This document shows, piece after piece, positions 52,528-61,503 of a stretch of DNA of 64,000 nucleotides. Below the pieces are notes generated by a model. It did no database searches, had not been told where the DNA came from, and saw nothing but the letters and a program-made list of their open reading frames with translations. The first letter of the stretch is position 1. Each line of letters begins with the position of its first letter. Origin of the DNA: an uncultured Myxococcales bacterium (GTDB taxonomy: Bacteria; Myxococcota_A; UBA9042; CAIXZC01); assembly GCA_964626565.1 (NCBI GenBank), contig CAZVFX010000002.1:4822-68821 (forward strand). Reading direction: 5' to 3'. A program made the position numbers and the translations under genes.

Positions 52528-55500
52528 ATGTTTTGTCGTCGACTGAGATATACTATCTTGCTGCTGTCCCTGCTGTGTGCGGTTGCCTGTTCTCCGGCGG
52601 CCGGCGGGGGCGGTCATGGCCCGGCCTATTCTCCGGAGTTTCTGGAGATGGTGAAGGAGCAACCCGACCTTTCCGAGGCAGCCCGAGTGTTGGAGTCGGG
52701 CACCTGCCGCGAGGCTATTCCCCTGCTGTCCTATTATTTCTCCCGCAATGAACAACCGGGCCCGGTGAACTATCTCCTGGGCCGAGCCCAGCTTTGCCTC
52801 GGCGATTTCCCGAAAGGTGCCCAACATCTGCTTACCGCGGTCAAGGCCGATTCTACTCTTGCCGCGGACATCAATGCTGTCTCCGCCTTCTACGGCCGGC
52901 AGCTTGTAGAGTTGCTGCAGCCGGAAGCGCGGGATAGTTATGACAAGCTGAGGGCGTGCTACCTGTTGTTGAAACTGTCGGGACCCGGCTTCAAACTGCC
53001 GGCCGCGGCTGCTCCACTGAGCAGGTTCTTCCGTGCGAAGGTGAAGCGAGGCGACTACTCGGCGGGCCTGAAGATAGTGGATTTGATGAGGGGGCTCGGG
53101 GTTAAGTCTGAAGGGACGTTTGCCCTTGAGACAGAGGCGTTGGCCCGCCTTGGTGAGACCGAGAAGCTGAAGGAGTTGGTGGCAAGGGAGGAGAAACTCC
53201 TGGGCGAGGGTGCGGGGAACCTGGTGTATGCCTCGGCGCTGGCTGCAGAGGCAGCCTATCGCCCCGGGATTGCCGCCTGGATGTTTGCCCGGGCGAGCGG
53301 ACTGGGCTGTGACTGTCCGTCGGTCCATTTGGACGCGGCTCGAGCCTGGTTGAAGGACCGGAACGAAAGCAGTGCCGACGCAGAACTCAAGCAGTACTTG
53401 CAGGTTGAATCTGTGGAAGGCCTGAAGGCCAGGGAGCTGGAAGCGGCCGCGTTGCTGGCCAAGTACGACCGGTACGATGGGGCGTTGAAGATTCTGGCTG
53501 CGGGCAAGGCCCGAAGTCCGGGAGACTTCGACTTCTACAAGGCGATGGCCTTTCTGGTCAACAAGGCCCCGGAGCAGGTGGACCCGGCACTTCTCATGGG
53601 CGAATATCTGCAGCATCACAATTTTTCCGATGAAGCAGTTGAGTTGGTAGGGAGCACTCTCCTGGCCTGGCGCATGGGCAAGCCGGGAGTAAAAGTGTTC
53701 GAGCAGGTGGTTGCCCGGTCGAAGGATTCAGCCGTTGCCCTCTTCTTCAGCGGCGCCTTCGCAGTTCTCAATGATGAGTTGAAGCCGGCCACCCGGCTGT
53801 GGGACCGGGCGGTGAAGTCCTCTTCCGCGGACGCCGCCCTGCTGGACCGCATAGCCGACTTTCTTTCTGCCACCGGAAGGCACGAGCAGGCAGAGGACTA
53901 CCTTGAGGAATCCTTAAGGGCGGCTCCGGCCAATATCGATGTGTTGTTGAAGCTTGCTTCGCTCAAAGAGAAGCGGGTGGGCGACGGGATAAAGTTTGCT
54001 GAGCGCTGGCTGAAGAAGCACCCCCCCTCATCGGACGGCCTGGTGGCCCTGTCCAGGTGGTGTGAGGAGAACGGCTTTGGCAAGAGGGCGCTGAAGTACG
54101 CCCGGAAAGCGGTGGCGGAATCGGAAGGCCCTGCAAGATCGGATGCGCTGTTGTGGGCGGGCAGGCTGCATATCAACCGGCGTCAGTATGAGGCTGCGGT
54201 TGGCTCTTTCCGTGAGGCTGCGGCCGGTCCTCTGGAACCAGTAGAATTCGTGCCCCGCATGGCCGTGGCGATGGGGGGAGCGGACAACCGGCAACTCGCT
54301 TGTTTTGCCCACGAACAGTTCGCGCGGTTGCTGGTCTCCGGTCATTACGGTGAGTTGCCTCCGGCGAAGAAGTTTCTCGGGGCGATGACTTCCCTCAGGT
54401 GCGGCAAGGCCGATGAGGCGATGGTGACCCACTGCCTGGATTCGGCTGCCGAGCCCATTGAGGCCTTGAAGAAGATGCTCGCGGTGGCGCACCGGCCCGC
54501 TGACGCCCGGGTGCTTCTCGATGTCGTGGAACGCAGTGAGAAGGGCAGGTTCGACGACCCGGGTCTGGCCGCGACGCTGGCCGTGATGTTTGCCCGGGCC
54601 GGCAGTGCTGAGCAGGCTGCCCGGTTCGCAAAGGAATACCTGGCCGGCACCACCGACTCTCCGTCCGCTCTGTTCCTCAACGCGCGCCTGACCTTGCTTC
54701 ACGGCGCCACCGAGGCTGCCCGTCAGATTCTGAGAGTTGCCTGGGCAAAGGCCGCGGTCGCGGAGAAGGGCGATGTGGGCGTCCTTCTCGCCTCCCTTGA
54801 GTTGTTTGATGGCGACGAGGTGGAAGGGCTGAAGGTGATTCGGGAGTTGGCCGAACTGCCGTATAACCGGGCCAAGCACGCAGCCGCTGCCGCGGGCCTT
54901 CTCATCGATGCCAACAAGCCCAAGGCCGCAGGGGAGGTGATTCTCGACGCGCTCCAGGACCCCGGGTCGGGAGCGGGTGCACCGCCCAAACTCAAATTGG
55001 AGATCGGGGTCGACGGCGGCCCCAGCCCGGGACCCGTCACTGAAGCTGAGTTGAGCCGCATGCTTGCCATGCACCAGGCGGGCGCCACCGATCACGACGT
55101 CCAGCGCCGCCTCATCGCGCAACTGGCCTACGCCTGGCGTCTGCAGGGTAAGAGTTGGGGTGAACTGGTGGACAAGGTCCTGCCGCTGGTGAGCAGTTGG
55201 CACGGTGAGCACTACCTGGCCGAGATCCTGATGCGTGTTTCCGCCGGCGATTTGGCCTTGGAGCTGTTCAGTACTGCGTTTCGCAAGTCCCCGGCCAGTT
55301 TCGCCCTGCTTAAGGCCTATGTCGACGCGCTCATCTTCCTCAACTATGAAGCGGGGAAGGAGCTTGCGGTAATAGAAAAGGACGTGCTGAAGATTGTGCG
55401 CAAGTACATCAAGGCCCGGGAAGGGGACCCCGACGCGTACCGGCAGGCGGCCACCTACCTGGAAGAGAAGGGTGCGTTCTCCGCGGCGGAGAAAGTGTTT

Positions 55501-58461
55501 GTGGAGTTGGCCGACGCCGGGCATCTGGACGCGACCCTTGCCATGGCCATGGCTAGGGTGCAGGCAAGCCGGGGCAAATTAGACGAAGCCTTTGCCAACT
55601 ATCGGTTGAGCCTCAGCCTGAATGCGTGCAGCAGCGCCCAGTTTGCCAAGATAGTGCAGGACGGTGAGCGCATCGGCGCGCTTGACCGGGTACTGGAATT
55701 GGCCCGGGACTGTGTTGTCAAATACCCGCGGGAAGGGCGGCTCCGGTACGTGCACGGCCGCCTTCTTGCCCGCGTGCGCGGGGCGGACGGCACTGCCGAC
55801 AGTCTGGCTGAACTCAACAAGGCTGTGGCTCTGGATCCAACGCTCCTGGAAGGGGCGGCAGAGTTTCTCTTTGCCCGGGATCTTAGCGGCCCGGCCTTGG
55901 TCCTGGCCAGAACCATGGTCAAGGGGGCCGACTTCGATCAGGCGCTTACCGGGCTGGAGCTGGGGTTCAAGATCCTGGCCGGGTCAGGGGATACGGAGGA
56001 GATGAAGCGCTTGGGCTCTCAAATGGCGAGAGCCCACAAGCGGGACGACCGCCAGATGTGGCGCGTCGGGTTGCTCTACTTCCAGTATCACCTCATGGAG
56101 CAGGGGATGGAGAAGCTGCGCCAGGCTGCGGCCACCGGCAACGCCTTTGCTTCTCTGGAGCTGAGCTCCCGCCTGGTGGCCATCGGCAAGGTCAAGGAAG
56201 GTCTGAAGCACTTCAACATCTTTATTGAAGCGGACCTCTGGAAGGCGACTACAATTCAGGGGCGAATCAACCAGGCTATGTACGACGCGTTTGAGCGTCA
56301 GGTGGATTTCCTGGCCCGCAATGCGGGGCGACCCGATGAAGCGCTGAAGGCGCTGAACGGCACCGTCAAGCGTTTCCCGGAAGACCCCCGCCCCAGGCTG
56401 CAACTGGTGCGGCTGCATCTGGCCGGGGCAAAGCCGGAGCGAGCTGTGGAGCACCTGGTCGAGGCCTGTGGAACTCGAATGACGGAGACGGAAGTCGGCC
56501 GCGCCGGCACCCTGGTCAACGGCTTCGAAAGCCAGGGCAAGCTGGACCTGGTCCTGGGGAGCCTTGCCGACAAGTATGCAGCCTCGGGCGCGCCGGCGTG
56601 CGGCTCGCTGCTGCTCATGGGCCTGACACTGGCAGGAAGGGATCACGATACCGGTGACCTGGCAATGCGCATGGCAAATGATGGCTCAATCTCTCCCGAG
56701 CAACTGCTGCAGTACGCGACGCTCCTGTTCGATCGCGGCCGCTACGAAGAGGCTGAGTTGCTGCTGGTCGCGTCCTCGTCCCGGGAGTGGGGACGAGAGG
56801 ACGTGCTTCTGGGGGTACACCGTCTTCAGTGCAGGCTCTATTCGGCCACCGGCCGCCGCGACCGCACGGCTGAGGCTACCCGTATGGTCCTGCTCCAGGT
56901 GCCGGCTCGGCCGGAGGCCCGCCGGGGCATGGCAGGAAATCTCTTCGACTATGAGTACATTGACGAGGCTGAACGTCAGTACAACCTCCTCGACCTCTAC
57001 GATGGCGGGAGCAGGGATACGCGGGTGGCGCTCTTCTCACTGTTGCTCCGCAGCGGACGGAATGCGGAGGCGCGAAAGCTGGCCTATCGTACCTCATTCA
57101 GGGGCGAAAACGTGCTCAACCTGATCCTGACTTTCGGGTCTGTGGCGCGGCGCCGATTGGAGTTCCCCCTGGCGCTGGAACTGTACTCCTCCGCATTGGA
57201 GATGGACCCCACCAACGGGCCGCTGAGGTTCGTGGTCGCGGAGCTGGCAGTAGCGACAGGCGACTCACAGCGAGCCTGGTCGCTCTTCAGCGAATACATG
57301 GCTACCGGTTCCGATGCTTCTGCCCGGCGCCTGGAGGTGCTCCAGAACGTGCTGAAGTACAACCATTTCGGCATGGGCAGGTTGCTGGTGAAGCAGGGCG
57401 ACGACCCAGCTTTGCAGCTTCACCTGGGGCTGGCGTATCTGCGTGCGGGTCTGCCTGAGGGCGAGGCGTTGATGTTGGCCGTGTTGCAGGCAGAGGAGAA
57501 CGGCTCGCTTCTCGCCAGGGAGGTGCTGGACACCATGGTGCACCGGCCCTATCTGTTGCCCGAAAAGGTTGTGCGGCTGGCCCTCAAGCGCGGTTGCTCC
57601 ACCCAGTTCTGGCCCGCTGAGTGCAGGTTCTGGGAGGGAAGGAATCTGGTGTTGCGGGGAGAGGTTGAACCGGCCATCAAGGAATTCCGGGATTCTCTCA
57701 ACGGCAACAAGCAGACCTGGTACTATACTCTGGGTTCCTTCCGCGCACTGTTGCGCAACGGCCACGAGAAGGTGGCGGACGAACTGCTGCGAAACCAGAT
57801 GGCCGGATTCGAGAGAACCGCGTTTCTGAACGAGGCGGCCAAGACGGTCTTTTCGTTGCTCCACGAACCTCAGATCACCAAGGAAGCCCGTCGCGCGGCC
57901 GGCCGCCTGGCGGGGCGGTACATCAACGAGTTGCTACAGCCCGATCCACTGGATTTCTGGTTTCGGACGCAACGGGCGGAAGCCGAGGTGTTGATGGGTG
58001 AAAACGAGTCCGCCCGGGCCAGGTATGCAGATGAGATCAAGAAGACTCCCTGGGAGCCGGGGTTGTACAACAACCTGGCCTATCTGCTCAGCCAGATGAA
58101 CGTGGACGTGGACCAGGGTCTTGAACTGGTCCGAGATGCGCTCCGGCGTGAGCCCTCCCACGGCACCTACTATCTGGACACGGAAGGCTGGCTGCTCTAC
58201 CGCAAGGGAGACTTGAAAGGTGCGGAAGAGAAGGTTCGGGCATCCATTGCCAGGGCGAATTTGGGTTTCGGAGATTCTCTCGCCGAGGCCGTGTACCACC
58301 TCGGGGTCGTTGTGAACGGCCAGGGCCGGAAGGACGAGGCGCTAGAGCACTTCCGGTTTGCTGGTTTCGTGGATCCGTTCGGCCGCTACGGGAAACTCGC
58401 CAGAGCCGAAATCAGGAAGCTCGGCCTCGACCCGTACAACCTCGATTGGAAACCGCAGTAA
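52528..58461 (+). CDS. Giant (1978 aa) TPR-repeat lipoprotein.
   Basis: GGAGGA RBS. Signal peptide/lipobox MFCRRLRYTILLLSLLCAVACS. Helical TPR-like repeats throughout (e.g. YNNLAYLLSQMNVDVDQGLELVRDALRREPSHGTYYLDTEGWLLYRKGDLKGAEE). Confidence 0.7.
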   Translation: MFCRRLRYTILLLSLLCAVACSPAAGGGGHGPAYSPEFLEMVKEQPDLSEAARVLESGTCREAIPLLSYYFSRNEQPGPVNYLLGRAQLCLGDFPKGAQHLLTAVKADSTLAADINAVSAFYGRQLVELLQPEARDSYDKLRACYLLLKLSGPGFKLPAAAAPLSRFFRAKVKRGDYSAGLKIVDLMRGLGVKSEGTFALETEALARLGETEKLKELVAREEKLLGEGAGNLVYASALAAEAAYRPGIAAWMFARASGLGCDCPSVHLDAARAWLKDRNESSADAELKQYLQVESVEGLKARELEAAALLAKYDRYDGALKILAAGKARSPGDFDFYKAMAFLVNKAPEQVDPALLMGEYLQHHNFSDEAVELVGSTLLAWRMGKPGVKVFEQVVARSKDSAVALFFSGAFAVLNDELKPATRLWDRAVKSSSADAALLDRIADFLSATGRHEQAEDYLEESLRAAPANIDVLLKLASLKEKRVGDGIKFAERWLKKHPPSSDGLVALSRWCEENGFGKRALKYARKAVAESEGPARSDALLWAGRLHINRRQYEAAVGSFREAAAGPLEPVEFVPRMAVAMGGADNRQLACFAHEQFARLLVSGHYGELPPAKKFLGAMTSLRCGKADEAMVTHCLDSAAEPIEALKKMLAVAHRPADARVLLDVVERSEKGRFDDPGLAATLAVMFARAGSAEQAARFAKEYLAGTTDSPSALFLNARLTLLHGATEAARQILRVAWAKAAVAEKGDVGVLLASLELFDGDEVEGLKVIRELAELPYNRAKHAAAAAGLLIDANKPKAAGEVILDALQDPGSGAGAPPKLKLEIGVDGGPSPGPVTEAELSRMLAMHQAGATDHDVQRRLIAQLAYAWRLQGKSWGELVDKVLPLVSSWHGEHYLAEILMRVSAGDLALELFSTAFRKSPASFALLKAYVDALIFLNYEAGKELAVIEKDVLKIVRKYIKAREGDPDAYRQAATYLEEKGAFSAAEKVFVELADAGHLDATLAMAMARVQASRGKLDEAFANYRLSLSLNACSSAQFAKIVQDGERIGALDRVLELARDCVVKYPREGRLRYVHGRLLARVRGADGTADSLAELNKAVALDPTLLEGAAEFLFARDLSGPALVLARTMVKGADFDQALTGLELGFKILAGSGDTEEMKRLGSQMARAHKRDDRQMWRVGLLYFQYHLMEQGMEKLRQAAATGNAFASLELSSRLVAIGKVKEGLKHFNIFIEADLWKATTIQGRINQAMYDAFERQVDFLARNAGRPDEALKALNGTVKRFPEDPRPRLQLVRLHLAGAKPERAVEHLVEACGTRMTETEVGRAGTLVNGFESQGKLDLVLGSLADKYAASGAPACGSLLLMGLTLAGRDHDTGDLAMRMANDGSISPEQLLQYATLLFDRGRYEEAELLLVASSSREWGREDVLLGVHRLQCRLYSATGRRDRTAEATRMVLLQVPARPEARRGMAGNLFDYEYIDEAERQYNLLDLYDGGSRDTRVALFSLLLRSGRNAEARKLAYRTSFRGENVLNLILTFGSVARRRLEFPLALELYSSALEMDPTNGPLRFVVAELAVATGDSQRAWSLFSEYMATGSDASARRLEVLQNVLKYNHFGMGRLLVKQGDDPALQLHLGLAYLRAGLPEGEALMLAVLQAEENGSLLAREVLDTMVHRPYLLPEKVVRLALKRGCSTQFWPAECRFWEGRNLVLRGEVEPAIKEFRDSLNGNKQTWYYTLGSFRALLRNGHEKVADELLRNQMAGFERTAFLNEAAKTVFSLLHEPQITKEARRAAGRLAGRYINELLQPDPLDFWFRTQRAEAEVLMGENESARARYADEIKKTPWEPGLYNNLAYLLSQMNVDVDQGLELVRDALRREPSHGTYYLDTEGWLLYRKGDLKGAEEKVRASIARANLGFGDSLAEAVYHLGVVVNGQGRKDEALEHFRFAGFVDPFGRYGKLARAEIRKLGLDPYNLDWKPQ

Positions 58462-58525
58462 CCAACTTTGTTCCATTTCGATCTGCCGTTTGCTAAACTT
58501 GTCTGCGACAAGCGAGGTGTGTCCC

Positions 58526-59476
58526 ATGAAGAACCGACTCGTGCTGGTAGTCGCGGTACTGGTAGTTGCCCTGGTCGCGGTTGCGGCTCTGGTGACCCTG
58601 ACCCAGTACAAGGAGCCGCGGGGCGCCGCAGCGGGAGGTGCGTCCGGCTGTGGCGGGGAAGCTGTTGATGATGACCCCGAGGTAGGGTTTGAAGAGGCGC
58701 TGGAGGAAGGGGCCAAAGACCCCGACGCTCCCAGCCAGATCACCTATAGCAAACTGGAAGGGGATCAACCGTGCCTGAAGATCACTTTGGAGCCTCTTGA
58801 TTCCGTCGCCTCAGTGGAGGATCTTTGCGGAGGAGGCCAGATCAAAGTTTTCGACCTGGACGGCAAGACTGCCGCCGCGGTGCTGGATGGCTACTATGAG
58901 CTGTTGGCCGCGGAATGTACCGATGGAGAATGCGGGCCAGGAGAACGGGTGGAAGTACTTACCGTGAAGGAAGAGACGAGGGTGCTCCCTTACGAGTCAC
59001 CCCTGAGTGATCAGGTGGAGGGGGTGTTGGAACTCTACCAGGAGCAATCGGAAGTTGCAGTGCAGCCCCAACTCGACCCACCGGCGGCCCCGCCTCAGGA
59101 GATCACCCTCAAGCCCGACCAGGGAGTCGTCTTCGCCGGGGGGACTGTAGAGGTAGCTGCATCGCCGTTGAAGGTGGACGTAATCTGTTATGCCTCGTCC
59201 AAAACCGTGGATCTCCAGGCCGGCGCCGGGCCCACCATCGCGAAGCAGAAGCATCTCAAACTCTTCAAGACCTCGGGTGGGGTGGTGCAGAAGTTCGATA
59301 GTCTAGACGATGTCCCCGACATCTTTCCCGGCAACGAAGACAGGGACATGGTCCACCACGCCGAAGCGGGCATGGCTTTCGTAGTTGAGAATAACGTGTC
59401 CGCGGGACACACCAAGGCGATGGTGAAGTCCGCCTCGAAGGAAGCGGTGGTGTTGCAGTACAAGGCTATACCGTAG
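58526..59476 (+). CDS. Hypothetical membrane-anchored (N-terminal TM) extracytoplasmic protein.
   Basis: MKNRLVLVVAVLVVALVAVAALVTL. No family recognised. Confidence 0.5.
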   Translation: MKNRLVLVVAVLVVALVAVAALVTLTQYKEPRGAAAGGASGCGGEAVDDDPEVGFEEALEEGAKDPDAPSQITYSKLEGDQPCLKITLEPLDSVASVEDLCGGGQIKVFDLDGKTAAAVLDGYYELLAAECTDGECGPGERVEVLTVKEETRVLPYESPLSDQVEGVLELYQEQSEVAVQPQLDPPAAPPQEITLKPDQGVVFAGGTVEVAASPLKVDVICYASSKTVDLQAGAGPTIAKQKHLKLFKTSGGVVQKFDSLDDVPDIFPGNEDRDMVHHAEAGMAFVVENNVSAGHTKAMVKSASKEAVVLQYKAIP

Positions 59477-59479
59477 AGG

Positions 59480-59493
59480 CAATTATCAATTGG
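59480..59493. repeat. CAATTAT CAATTGG heptamer pair immediately after the stop codon (same family as 20649 and 46418).
   Basis: Read directly from sequence. Confidence 0.4.
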
Positions 59494-59511
59494 TGCTTGA
59501 AAATTGTCTCT

Positions 59512-60549
59512 CTACAAGTCCATCTTCTCCAGCCCGTTTTGTTTGAACCAGTCGGTGCTTTTTACCCTTCTTAGACCGCTGGAAAAGAGGTAGTCCCGGT
59601 AGTTGTAGTTGCCCCGGGTGCACTTGGAGTGCCCCTGGTCGGTGCGAATGAAGATTATGCGCTCCCTTCCCAGGCTCTTGCGCTTGAATTTCTTGCTCCT
59701 CATCTTCTTTTCAGTCAGCTTTTTTACCCTGGCTCCGGCTCCTTCGAGCAAAGCCAGCAGTTCTTTGCTGCGGGCTTTCGGCTTCTTCCGGTAGTAGACG
59801 TTGATGAACCGGCGCGCGGTCTTCTTCGGGTTGGTGAGCCAGGCGAAGAATATGTCCACGTGAGCGTAGAGGCTGTCGAACATGTACACCTCCGACACCT
59901 CCAGGCCGCCGTGTTTCAAAGCCATGGCGGTAGCCCGGTATCCTCCGGAGTGGGAGGTGATGATGATGCGGCCTATCTTCTGTTTCTTGCCGATGACCCC
60001 CTGGTCTTGCAGGAAGCTGTGAACTTCCACAAGCATCTTTCTGAAACCGCGTCGTCGCTCCACCTTTCCGAAGTCGGAATCGATGGCATTGATAGGGCCC
60101 TGTGGGACCACCAGGATTGCATTTTGCAGACTGAGTGAGAACTGTTCCCGGAGGCGGTGGTTGCGGAAGGTCTTGGCCACCGTGTTCGAGTGGCCGTGGT
60201 AGTGGACGACGTAGTCGACCCGGGTGACCTTCTTCACCCGGGTACGCTTCTTCTTCTTCAACCGGAGGTATTCTTTTTCGGAGTAACAGCGATAGCTCCT
60301 TCGCGATTTGCTCCCCTTGCGTTTTTCCTTCACTCTCATGAGCGTCGGGCAGAAGTGCCGGGGCACGAAGGTTGCGATTGTGCTGTCCTTGTATTTCCTC
60401 CCCTTAGCGGGATAGGGGGCATGCTTGAACTTGCCCCAATAGGTTGTCCCGTATTTGTCCTTTTCCTTTTTGGACAGCTTTCCGGCCTTGGCAAAAACCG
60501 GTGACAACGCGACGACAAACAGCAGAAATGTTGAAACGAGAGTCTTCAT
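59512..60549 (-). CDS. Secreted, strongly basic hypothetical protein.
   Basis: The internal ATG gives the signal peptide MKTLVSTFLLFVVALSPVFAKA. Lys/Arg-rich. No confident domain. Confidence 0.5.
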   Translation of the reverse strand: MKTLVSTFLLFVVALSPVFAKAGKLSKKEKDKYGTTYWGKFKHAPYPAKGRKYKDSTIATFVPRHFCPTLMRVKEKRKGSKSRRSYRCYSEKEYLRLKKKKRTRVKKVTRVDYVVHYHGHSNTVAKTFRNHRLREQFSLSLQNAILVVPQGPINAIDSDFGKVERRRGFRKMLVEVHSFLQDQGVIGKKQKIGRIIITSHSGGYRATAMALKHGGLEVSEVYMFDSLYAHVDIFFAWLTNPKKTARRFINVYYRKKPKARSKELLALLEGAGARVKKLTEKKMRSKKFKRKSLGRERIIFIRTDQGHSKCTRGNYNYRDYLFSSGLRRVKSTDWFKQNGLEKMDL

Positions 60550-60668
60550 CAAGGCTCCCTGACTTGCACGGACAACATTGTATACGCGCCGGCACCTGCC
60601 GTCAAAACGCGAACCCCCACGCGCGCATTCTTGACCAGTCATAAAAGGGGCGTCTATAATAAGCCGCA

Positions 60669-61484
60669 ATGTGGCGTAGACTATTAACTACCGTGCTGGT
60701 CTTGGGGGTGGCGGGGATTTCCCCCGCGGCATTTGCCGAGGAGACGCCTGCCGCACGATTCGAACTGGCCAAGAGCGCGTTCGAGTACCAGGACTACGAC
60801 AAGACGGTCAAGTTGATCCGCCCGCTCCTTGAGCCGGAGCCAACTCTTCCATCCCGCGACATGGTTCTGAAAGCCCGGGAAATGCTCGGCGCGTCGCTGT
60901 GGTGGAAGAAGGACAAGAGCGGTTTCAAGCAGCAACTCACTGAATTGCTCATCGAAGAGCCCTCGTTCGAACTGGACTCGTTCTACTATCCGCCGGAGAT
61001 GGTCAAGGACTTCAACGACCTCAAGCAGCATCTGGTGAAGATGAACGTCATTAAGATCACGAAGACTGAGCAGCCCACTCAGGTGGTTATCCACAAGACG
61101 GTGGAAATGCAGAACTACATGGTGAATTTTGTACCTTTCGGCGGCGGACAGTTCGCGGCCGGGCGCACCGGTCCGGGCCTGGCGTTCATGTCCGGGCAAC
61201 TGCTGACTCTAGGCGCCAATGTCAGTGCCTGGAGCTACATGTACTACAGCGGTGTCGTCGGGGATGAACGCCGTGTTCCACTTTATGTCATGTATGTATC
61301 GCTCGCCATGTTCGGGGCTGTGTACGTCGGGGGGGTGGTGGACTCACTCATGGCATTCGAGCCGGTGCGCATTATCGAGGAAAAACAGGTGGAAAACGGC
61401 GACGGTTCTGCTAGCATGTTCCGGGTCATGCCCGCGCCGCTGGGCGGCGATACTTTTGGCCTGGTGATGGGTACAACGTTTTAG
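60669..61484 (+). CDS. Hypothetical secreted protein.
   Basis: Signal peptide MWRRLLTTVLVLGVAGISPAAFA. C-terminal F. Confidence 0.5.
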   Translation: MWRRLLTTVLVLGVAGISPAAFAEETPAARFELAKSAFEYQDYDKTVKLIRPLLEPEPTLPSRDMVLKAREMLGASLWWKKDKSGFKQQLTELLIEEPSFELDSFYYPPEMVKDFNDLKQHLVKMNVIKITKTEQPTQVVIHKTVEMQNYMVNFVPFGGGQFAAGRTGPGLAFMSGQLLTLGANVSAWSYMYYSGVVGDERRVPLYVMYVSLAMFGAVYVGGVVDSLMAFEPVRIIEEKQVENGDGSASMFRVMPAPLGGDTFGLVMGTTF

Positions 61485-61503
61485 GAACCTGCATGAGGAC
61501 AAT

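Noticed and set aside
54028-55524. 498-aa minus-strand ORF inside the TPR gene (plus several shorter ones, 52390-53619, 55984-56646)
   Set aside because: Antisense to a continuous 1978-aa TPR-repeat frame. No domains. Typical high-GC shadow ORFs.
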